From NCBI GenBank assembly GCA_030619825.1, contig JAUXAS010000002.1, positions 3,363 through 67,362 of the forward strand: a stretch of 64,000 bases of DNA, in the 5' to 3' direction. A model generated the notes under the pieces. It was not told the origin of the DNA. It made no database searches and saw only the letters and a list, made by a program, of their open reading frames with translations. This document shows positions 56,840-64,000 of this stretch, in pieces (position 1 is the stretch's first letter; the number at the start of each line of letters is the position of its first letter). Source of the stretch: Hadesarchaea archaeon (GTDB taxonomy: Archaea > Hadarchaeota > Hadarchaeia > Hadarchaeales > Hadarchaeaceae). Made by a program: the position numbers and the translations under genes.

Positions 56840-59029
56840 ATGCGGCGCTACAAACACATAGGCGATGTCCAGCAAATCATGTGGGAACCGCAGCGGATTC
56901 GGAACATAGGCATCGTCGCTCACGTCGACCACGGCAAAACCACGTTGACGGACTCGCTCGTGGCAGCCTCGGGCATCATAAGCTTCGAACTCGCCGGCGA
57001 ACAGCTCTTCACGGATTTCCTCGAGATCGAGCAGCAGCGCGGAATAACCATCCAGACTGCCGCGGTTAGCCTCGCACACACCTTCGGCGGGCAGGAGTAC
57101 CTCATCAATCTGCTCGACACCCCGGGCCACGTCGACTTCAGTGGAGACGTGACGCGAGCCCTGCGGGCGATCGATGGGGTAGTGGTGGTGGTAGATGCAG
57201 TCGAGGAGGTGATGCCCCAGACCGAAACCGTGCTCCGCCAAGCGTTGCACGAGCGGGCGCGTCCCCTGCTCTTCATCAACAAGGTCGACCGCCTCATCGC
57301 TGAGCTCAAGCTAACTCCCGAGGGCATGCAAGCGCGTTTTATGAAACTCATAACCAAATTCAACCAGCTGATCCGGAGGTATGCCCCGCCCGATCTCGCC
57401 GATAAATGGCAGGTGAGCGTTGAGGAGGGCTCCGTTGCATTTGGGTCTGCGAAGGAGAAGTGGGCCCTCTCGATGCCCCAAATGAAGGCCAAGAACATCA
57501 GCTTCAAGGACATCATCACCGCCTACCAAACAGAAACCCAATCGGAGCTGGCGAAGAAGAGCCACCTCTTTGAGGTTGTCCTTGACATGGCCATCCGGCA
57601 CCTTCCAAACCCAAAGGACGCACAGGCAAAAAGGATCCCGAGGATATGGAAGGGCGACGTGGAAAGCGAGCTCGGCAAGGACATGATCACGTGCAACCCG
57701 GAGGGCAAGGTGTGCATGGTGGTCACCGACATCATCGTGGACGAGCAGGCCGGGGTCATCTCGACGGGTCGGGTCTTCTCGGGAACGCTCGAAAAGGGAA
57801 AGGCCGTGAGGCTGGTGAACGCGGAACGGGATGCACGCATTCAGCAGGTGGGCGTCTATATGGGACCTGACCGCGTGATGGTCGACCGAGTGCCAGCTGG
57901 GAACATCGCGGCAATCATAGGCATGAAGGAAGCCCACGTCGGTGAGACTCTCGTCGAATTGGGAATAGAAGGGAAGGGCTTCGAGGAACTCCGCTACATA
58001 AGCGAGCCCGTCGTCACCGTCGCCGTCGAGCCCAAGAACTTCCAGGAGTTGCCCCGATTGATAAACCAGCTCAAGAAGATTTCCCGCGAGGACCCGAATA
58101 TAAAGATAAAGATCAACGAGGAGACGGGAGAGTACCTCGTTTCGGGGATGGGCGAGGTCCACCTCGAGATCGTCGAATACAAGCTCAAGGAGGCTGGGCT
58201 TGAGGTGAAAACGTCGGAGCCGATTGTCGTCTACCGCGAGGCGCTCCTCGGTAAGGCCGAGCACGTCGAGGGCAAGTCGCCAAACAAACACAATCGATTC
58301 CTCATCGCAGTCGAACCCCTCGAACCAGGGGTGGTCAAAGCGATCGAGGAGGGTAAGGTCGTCCAAAAGCAGGAACGGAAGGAGCGCGCGAACGTGCTCC
58401 GGGAGCTGGGATGGGAGACCCACGCCGCGCGGAAAGTGGTTTCCATCATTGGTGCGAACATTCTTGTCGACGTCAGCAAGGGCGTACAGTACATGCACGA
58501 GGTCGAAGACTACACCATCGATGCCTTCAAGCAGGTCGTCGAGGAGGGGCCGCTGATGCGCGAGCCTATGCGCGGGCTCAAGGTGCTCATCGACGACGCA
58601 TCACTGCACGAGGATTCGGTGCACCGGGGGCCAGCTCAAATCATCCCGGCTGTCAGGCGCCCGATTCAGGCTGGAATCCTCCTCGCGAACCCCACCGTGC
58701 TCGAGCCCCGGCTCAAGCTCGAGGTGCGGGTGCCACAGGAGTTCATGGGTGGCGCCACCAAGGTCGTTCAGGGGCGCCGGGGGCGAATCCTCACTATGGA
58801 GTCGGAGGAAGACATCGCGATCATCAAAGCCTCGCTGCCGGTGGCAAATTCCTTCGGGCTTGCCGCGGAGATGCGCTCCGAGACCGAGGGGCGGGCGATC
58901 TGGGGGACGGAATTCGAAAAATTTGAGCAGTTGCCCAAGGAGCTTCAGGAGCAGGTCGTTCGGGACGCGCGAAAGCGCAAGGGGCTGAAACCGGAGCCGC
59001 CCAAGCCCGAGGACTTCATGGAGAAGTAA
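56840..59029 (+). CDS. fusA: Translation elongation factor 2 (aEF-2)
   Basis: IRNIGIVAHVDHGKTTLTDSL, LINLLDTPGHVDF, NKVDRL. The diphthamide-region motif is ASLHEDSVHRGPAQIIPA. Confidence 0.95.
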   Translation: MRRYKHIGDVQQIMWEPQRIRNIGIVAHVDHGKTTLTDSLVAASGIISFELAGEQLFTDFLEIEQQRGITIQTAAVSLAHTFGGQEYLINLLDTPGHVDFSGDVTRALRAIDGVVVVVDAVEEVMPQTETVLRQALHERARPLLFINKVDRLIAELKLTPEGMQARFMKLITKFNQLIRRYAPPDLADKWQVSVEEGSVAFGSAKEKWALSMPQMKAKNISFKDIITAYQTETQSELAKKSHLFEVVLDMAIRHLPNPKDAQAKRIPRIWKGDVESELGKDMITCNPEGKVCMVVTDIIVDEQAGVISTGRVFSGTLEKGKAVRLVNAERDARIQQVGVYMGPDRVMVDRVPAGNIAAIIGMKEAHVGETLVELGIEGKGFEELRYISEPVVTVAVEPKNFQELPRLINQLKKISREDPNIKIKINEETGEYLVSGMGEVHLEIVEYKLKEAGLEVKTSEPIVVYREALLGKAEHVEGKSPNKHNRFLIAVEPLEPGVVKAIEEGKVVQKQERKERANVLRELGWETHAARKVVSIIGANILVDVSKGVQYMHEVEDYTIDAFKQVVEEGPLMREPMRGLKVLIDDASLHEDSVHRGPAQIIPAVRRPIQAGILLANPTVLEPRLKLEVRVPQEFMGGATKVVQGRRGRILTMESEEDIAIIKASLPVANSFGLAAEMRSETEGRAIWGTEFEKFEQLPKELQEQVVRDARKRKGLKPEPPKPEDFMEK

Positions 59030-59852
59030 GTAGGTTAGCTATCACGCCAAATTTCTCTGGTGCGAGGTCCATGACAGGGGTTTCGGCGAGCGCTTTAGGG
59101 AGCTTCTGATCTATCGTCGCCCGCCTCTCTACCTTCGATACTTTCACACCAGGGAATACCTCACCGAACGAACGGTATAGCGCGTTCCGCACCCGCTGAC
59201 GCCGATGCTGAAACAGCGCCCGAACCACGTTAAAAAACATGCTCTCATCTGCGACATCGAACGGTGGCTCTCGGGGTTTGAGCCTGACAATCGCCGACGT
59301 GACTTTTGGCTGCGGGAAAAATGCCTCTGGCGGCACCTCCCCCAACAACTCGACGCTTGCTCGATAGTAAGCGTTCACCGTCAGGCGGCCGTAATCATCG
59401 GAACCCGGTTTCGCCACGAGCCGCTTGGCGAACTCCCGCTGATACATCAGTATGGCCAGCTCGAATTTGCGCTTGAGCAACCTGAACGTGATGTCCGAGG
59501 AAATGCCGTAAGGGAGGTTCGCGACGACTTTGTTAAACTTGGGAAGCTCGATCTGCAATGCGTCCCCGCACAACAGCTCAATGTTCGAGTGGCCCCCTAA
59601 CCGCTCCCTTAGGACTTTTATGAGCCTTCTATCTCGTTCCACCGCGATAACCCTTCCAGCGCGCGCGGCGAGTAAAAGTGTCAAATTTCCTATCCCGGCA
59701 CCTACCTCAAGCACCACGTCATCGCGCGAGAGTTCGGCGTAATCAACCATCTGCTCCAAAACAGTGGGGTCGATGACTTGATGCTGCCCCGCTCGCTTGC
59801 TAAGCCTTATGCCGTGCCTCCGCAACAGAGCTAGAATTTGACCCATCATCAA
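59016..59852 (-). CDS. rsmA: 16S/18S rRNA dimethyladenosine transferase (RsmA/KsgA/Dim1)
   Basis: SKRAGQHQVIDP, VLEVGAGIGNLT, VANLPYGISS. Confidence 0.9.
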   Translation of the reverse strand: MMMGQILALLRRHGIRLSKRAGQHQVIDPTVLEQMVDYAELSRDDVVLEVGAGIGNLTLLLAARAGRVIAVERDRRLIKVLRERLGGHSNIELLCGDALQIELPKFNKVVANLPYGISSDITFRLLKRKFELAILMYQREFAKRLVAKPGSDDYGRLTVNAYYRASVELLGEVPPEAFFPQPKVTSAIVRLKPREPPFDVADESMFFNVVRALFQHRRQRVRNALYRSFGEVFPGVKVSKVERRATIDQKLPKALAETPVMDLAPEKFGVIANLLTSP

Positions 59853-59885
59853 CTTTATTCTAATACTGATGTGTGATTAATTAAG

Positions 59886-60251
59886 GTGGGGACGAGGATG
59901 GTTTCTGCAGCGTTCCAGCGCGGGAGGGACGAGCTGTTCAAGCGCCTGAAGCGCGGTAAGGTGCTCAGTCCAGAGCTCGAACGGGAGATAATGGATGTTT
60001 ATGGCGGGCGGGGAAAGCGGGCCTTAGAAGTCATCAAGCGAAGGTGCGTCATAAAGAGAGGACGGCGATGGTTTGTACGAGGGAAGGCTGATGAATATGA
60101 AGTTGTCCGCAATTTCTGCACCTGCCGTGACTACGTAATGAACATCGCTACTGAAAAGGTCGACGCCGACATGTGTTATCACGCGCTCGCGAAAAATATC
60201 TGCGAAGCAATCGACGCATATTATGTGATTGAACCAGAAGCTGAAAGCTAG
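59886..60251 (+). CDS. SWIM zinc-finger protein
   Basis: FCTCRDYV...ADMCYHAL is the CxCxnCxH SWIM signature. Basic N-terminus. Confidence 0.6.
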   Translation: MGTRMVSAAFQRGRDELFKRLKRGKVLSPELEREIMDVYGGRGKRALEVIKRRCVIKRGRRWFVRGKADEYEVVRNFCTCRDYVMNIATEKVDADMCYHALAKNICEAIDAYYVIEPEAES

Positions 60252-60263
60252 CTAGGTGATGGA

Positions 60264-61679
60264 ATGCGATTTGTGATCAAGTTTGGTGGTGTCCCCGTCA
60301 AAGACGGCAAAAGTATTCGCAAAGCAGCTGAGTTAATTGTCGACCGATACAAAAAACGCGATCAGCTCGTGGTTGTCACTTCTGCCATGGCAGGCGTCAC
60401 CGACGAACTCGCGACGATTGCGAGCAAACTCGTCGAGCCTCGCGCGAACCCCAAGCAATTGATCCCTGAGTTCATGAAGCGCATCTCGGACAAGCACTTC
60501 GAAGCGTGCAGGGGTGCCATCGCCGATAAGGATGTCCTTTACCAGACCACACGAACGGTCAGGGGTGCTCTCGACAATTTACAACGCGTGCTCACGGGCA
60601 TCTCATATTTAGGTGAACTCTCACCACGCTCACAGGATCTCGTGCTATCCTTCGGCGAGCGTCTCTCCGCACCTATCCTCGCGGGGGCAATCGGGTCGCT
60701 GGGGGTGTCATCCAAACACCTGACGGGGTTCGAGGCGGGAATCCTCACGGACGGCCGGCACACCGAGGCTCGACCGCTGCTCGAAAAAACCCGCAAACTA
60801 GTCCACCGGCGCTTGAACAAAATTCTCGCCGCTGGGGAAGTTCCTGTAGTAACCGGGTTCATCGCCGGTACCAAAGATGGTACCGTGACGACCCTTGGCC
60901 GGGGGGGCTCGGATTACACGGCGTCCATCCTCGGCGCAAGCTTGGGTGTCGACGAAATATGGATCATGACCGATGTCGATGGGATCATGACCGCCGACCC
61001 GAAGGCTGAGCCTAACGCCAGGGTAATCGAGGTCATCTCCTACCTCGAGGCAACGGAGCTTGCTTACTTCGGGGCGAAGGTGCTCCACCCCAAGATGATT
61101 GAACCCGCGATGGAATTTGACATCCCGGTGCGCGTACGCAACGCCTTCAAACTCGAGCGTGAGGGCACGTTGATCGTTCGAAAACCCAAGCGCATCGAAG
61201 GTATCGTCAAGGTGATAACCGCGAGCAAGAACGTCTCGCTGGTCACCGTGGGGGGCGCGGGGATGATAGGTGCCCTAGGGGTGGCTGCTACTGTGTTCGA
61301 CATCCTCGGGCGGGCGGGGATCAAGGTGCTCATGATCTCCCAGAGCTCCTCGCAGGCAAACATAAGTTTCGCCGTCGACCGAAAGCAACTGGATGCCGCC
61401 CTCCACGCCCTGCGCACGGAGTTCGCCAAACGTCGGATAGACTGGAGCATCACCTGCGACAGAAACGCGAGCGTCATCGCAACGGTCGGGGCTGGGATGA
61501 AGGGGGCACCAGGAGTCGCCGCACGAGTTTTCAATACGATGGGGCGCAATCGAATAAACATCCTCATGATCGCCCAAGGGTCCTCGGAACTCAACATCTC
61601 TTTCGCGACCAGCGAGCGGGACGCTGTTAAAGCCGTGCGCGCTTTGCACGACGAATTCCGATTGGGCAGAGGTCGTTGA
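60264..61679 (+). CDS. lysC: Aspartate kinase with tandem ACT domains
   Basis: VIKFGGVPV, VVVTSAMAGVTD, GRGGSDYTASILGA, then two ACT repeats. Confidence 0.9.
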   Translation: MRFVIKFGGVPVKDGKSIRKAAELIVDRYKKRDQLVVVTSAMAGVTDELATIASKLVEPRANPKQLIPEFMKRISDKHFEACRGAIADKDVLYQTTRTVRGALDNLQRVLTGISYLGELSPRSQDLVLSFGERLSAPILAGAIGSLGVSSKHLTGFEAGILTDGRHTEARPLLEKTRKLVHRRLNKILAAGEVPVVTGFIAGTKDGTVTTLGRGGSDYTASILGASLGVDEIWIMTDVDGIMTADPKAEPNARVIEVISYLEATELAYFGAKVLHPKMIEPAMEFDIPVRVRNAFKLEREGTLIVRKPKRIEGIVKVITASKNVSLVTVGGAGMIGALGVAATVFDILGRAGIKVLMISQSSSQANISFAVDRKQLDAALHALRTEFAKRRIDWSITCDRNASVIATVGAGMKGAPGVAARVFNTMGRNRINILMIAQGSSELNISFATSERDAVKAVRALHDEFRLGRGR

Positions 61680-62280
61680 TCGGGCACTCGTCGCACAGCG
61701 GGTTACGGGCGAGACAGTAACGCCGACCGTGTTGAATCAGTAGCACGTGGGCCTCGCCACGGCGGCCTCTAGGCGTGAGCTCCTCGAGCTCGGATCTGAC
61801 TTCTTCATAGCTGGCCTTAGGTCGGGCGAAACCAAGACGCTTCGAAATCCTGAAAATGTGGGTGTCGATCGGCAGCACGTCACGCCCAGCCCCGAAGACC
61901 AGCACCACGTCAGCAGTCTTGTACCCAATGCCGGGCAAGGAGAGCAACTCTCGACGCGCCTCCTCGGGCGACTTTCTAAGCACAGTGCTTATGTCCCCGT
62001 GGTATCGCTCGAGCACTATGCGCGCTAGCTCCTTCAGGCGCTTGGATTTCATCCGGTACAGGCCAGCGGGCTTGATTAACTTTTGGATCTCCCGTACCTC
62101 CGCCCTCGCGAGCTGTTCGGGCGTACGAAACTTGACTATGAGCCGGTTGTAGGCCGCGCGGGTATTGCGCCAGTTGGTGTTCTGCGAGAGTACGGTGCCA
62201 ACAAGTAGCAGGAATGGGTCATCGGTGTAACGACGCCAGAGCTCGAACTCGGTACCCATGCGGTTTAAAATCATAAACAT
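61627..62280 (-). CDS. nth: Endonuclease III (HhH-GPD glycosylase with 4Fe-4S cluster)
   Basis: DPFLLLVGTVLSQNT, LPGIGYKTADVVL and CLARNPLCDECPINDLC. The start is uncertain (62358, 62280 or 62259). The 3' end overlaps lysC by 53 nt on the opposite strand. Confidence 0.85.
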   Translation of the reverse strand: MFMILNRMGTEFELWRRYTDDPFLLLVGTVLSQNTNWRNTRAAYNRLIVKFRTPEQLARAEVREIQKLIKPAGLYRMKSKRLKELARIVLERYHGDISTVLRKSPEEARRELLSLPGIGYKTADVVLVFGAGRDVLPIDTHIFRISKRLGFARPKASYEEVRSELEELTPRGRRGEAHVLLIQHGRRYCLARNPLCDECPINDLCPIGIRRAKRARL

Positions 62281-62746
62281 ACGGCGGCTGGCACCCGCTC
62301 GTCCACCCTTTAAATCTTCTGCCGCCCTAGCTCGATTGGTGACTGGGTTGAGCGCCATTGATATTCTCTACCTAATTCTCCTCGTCGGTTCTTTGGCTTT
62401 TGGGCTAGAGGCGCTGCTCTTGGGTTTGGGAGGCAAGCTTATGGTGCTTTATCGCCGTCGAAAGGTCAAAACGATTGTGATTGCCCTAGCGGTCGGGCTC
62501 GCAATCGCCGGACCTGCAATCGTCACATCCATGGCGCTCGCGCTCGAACCGCTCTACTTCTGCGTGGTGGTGCTTGCATATATGTTCGTTGCAGGCAAAA
62601 TCATCAGCGTGTTCAGGGAGAAGCTGGCTCGAACGCCCGCTCCCCCCTTGCCCCCGCAGCCTTCCGAGCGAGAGATCAAAGCGATGCTCCGGAAGCGTGG
62701 ACTCGGAAAACTCGTGAAGAAAAAACGGGCTAAGTCTGGCGGTTGA
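62258..62746 (+). CDS. Small membrane protein with a Pro-rich/basic tail
   Basis: Hydrophobic spans LYLILLVGSLAFGLEALLLGL, IVIALAVGLAIAGPAIV and YFCVVVLAYMFVAG. The 5' part overlaps candidate nth starts, so the start is uncertain. Confidence 0.4.
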   Translation: MRFKIINIRRLAPARPPFKSSAALARLVTGLSAIDILYLILLVGSLAFGLEALLLGLGGKLMVLYRRRKVKTIVIALAVGLAIAGPAIVTSMALALEPLYFCVVVLAYMFVAGKIISVFREKLARTPAPPLPPQPSEREIKAMLRKRGLGKLVKKKRAKSGG

Positions 62747-62825
62747 CTTCAAAAGTGTGAATCCTTCATAGGTTGTTAAATGACGGTAACGTAGAAAATA
62801 AACAGGGGCCGAGTAGGTGGCTTTG

Positions 62826-63758
62826 ATGGATATCGAAGATATAGCAAGGGCCGCACAGCTCGCGTCCGCGTTGGAGGTTAGCGGGTACCCAAAGCCGGGA
62901 AATGTTCACAGAACTGCGGATCTCAAGGGAATGACGTTCGAGCATTTTATAGCGAGCTCCATCGCGATAGGCCCCGTTCTGCTCGATGTGGCCAAGAAAG
63001 GGTTCAGGGCTGGAAAGGGAGAGATCAAAACGGTGGATATTGGAGTTGGAGGAGCAATAAAAAGCGCGATTGGAAACACAATGAAATGGCAAAGAGATGG
63101 GAACACAAATCTGGGCATCGTGTTGCTCCTAACGCCGCTTGCGGCAGCAGCAGGAATGACGCTGGCCAAGGAAGGTAAAATCCAAATGAAAAAACTTAGG
63201 ACAAACCTCTCATGTGTCCTGAAATCCACGACCCCTGAGGATGCGCTAAACGTCTACGATGCAATCTTGATTGCGAACCCGGAAGGTCTTGGGAAAGTGG
63301 ATGAACTCGATTTAAAGAATGAAGCATCGAAGAAGAAGATAAAAGAGGAACGAATCTCGCTCTATGAGATAATGGCTATCAGCTCAGGGTGGGACAACAT
63401 ATCCAAAGAATGGGTCACAGATATGCAGATAACTTTTGAGTTCGGTTATCCGCTCGTGAGAAAATTGTACGGGAGAACTAAAAATATGAATACGACGACC
63501 GTCCAGAGCTTTCTTGAGATACTCTCAAAATATCCCGATACCTACGTGCGAAGAATACATGGCAAAAAAATCGCGAAGAAGGTCTCGGAGAAGGCGAGAG
63601 CCATCATCGAGAAAGGAGGGATGTTAACAAGTGCAGGGAGAGTCCTCATCAAAAAATTTGACGAGGAGCTGAGGAAAAAAAGCATAAATCCAGGAACAGC
63701 AGCTGACCTTACATCTTCTTCTCTAATGCTGGCAATCCTCGATGGGTTGAGGCCTTGA
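62826..63758 (+). CDS. Triphosphoribosyl-dephospho-CoA synthase (CitG/MdcB) family protein
   Basis: ALEVSGYPKPGNVHR, NTNLGIVLLLTPLAAAAG and PGTAADLTSSSL fit the CitG family. Confidence 0.8.
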   Translation: MDIEDIARAAQLASALEVSGYPKPGNVHRTADLKGMTFEHFIASSIAIGPVLLDVAKKGFRAGKGEIKTVDIGVGGAIKSAIGNTMKWQRDGNTNLGIVLLLTPLAAAAGMTLAKEGKIQMKKLRTNLSCVLKSTTPEDALNVYDAILIANPEGLGKVDELDLKNEASKKKIKEERISLYEIMAISSGWDNISKEWVTDMQITFEFGYPLVRKLYGRTKNMNTTTVQSFLEILSKYPDTYVRRIHGKKIAKKVSEKARAIIEKGGMLTSAGRVLIKKFDEELRKKSINPGTAADLTSSSLMLAILDGLRP

Positions 63759-63759
63759 A

Positions 63760-64000
63760 ATGAAGATGCAAGTTATGTCCTCCTTAAAGAAAATAGGACT
63801 GACAAAGCAATCTCCGGCAGAAATCGTTCTGACCACATTCTCGCCTGATAAAAAGCCCCACGCATCAGTCATGGGTATCAGAGCAATGGGAGGATCAAGG
63901 GTGATGCTAAGGATTTTCACCAACACTAGAACCTTTCGGAATATCTTTCAATCCCGGGCCGCGGTTATAAACATCGTGAAGGATGTGAATCTGCTGGCAT
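63760..64000 (+). CDS. DUF447 (FMN-binding split-barrel-like) protein, 5' part, truncated by the window end
   Basis: ATG lies 1 nt after the CitG-like stop. EIVLTTFSPDKKPHASVMGIRA...LRIFTNTRTFRNI fits DUF447. Open to the window edge. Confidence 0.55.
   Translation, partial: MKMQVMSSLKKIGLTKQSPAEIVLTTFSPDKKPHASVMGIRAMGGSRVMLRIFTNTRTFRNIFQSRAAVINIVKDVNLLA

Overview
GC-rich archaeal chromosomal segment. The lineage call rests on TFB, aEF-2, ribosomal proteins S8e/L35Ae/L10e, Gar1, NAC, Pth2, archaeal-type PheS/PheT, geranylgeranyl reductase and a CitG-like/DUF447 pair. Most of the window is syntenic housekeeping: translation, tRNA/rRNA modification, an SMC-ScpA-ScpB operon, PPDK, agmatinase and aspartokinase. 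Three regions stand out. (1) An accessory island at about 16.1-30.1 kb encodes paralogous, domain-shuffled surface proteins, DNRLRE-type secreted proteins (one intact, one frameshifted), an orphan Cas1 fragment, a decayed IS and a wHTH regulator. Five copies of a conserved ~65-nt non-coding module with an 8-N8-8 palindrome are scattered through it. (2) At 42.27-42.79 kb, two tandem ~205-232-nt structured RNA candidates lie on the minus strand. Each has its own TATA box and oligo-T terminator, and the two copies show compensatory base-pair changes. I cannot assign them to tRNA, RNase P or SRP RNA. (3) tRNA-Leu(CAG) at 55.44 kb is followed by five decayed, AT-shifted copies of its 3' half spread over ~6 kb. 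They delimit visibly AT-richer segments that carry two radical SAM enzymes, an ATP-cone/PD-(D/E)xK nuclease, an integrase fragment and toxin-antitoxin debris, which looks like a serial integration hotspot. Other points: the SMC is short and appears to lack a hinge, and a further AT-rich islet with an integrase fragment lies next to vapBC (37.1-39.1 kb). I saw no CRISPR array and no rRNA. All assignments come from reading the translations and the DNA by eye; no database search was run.
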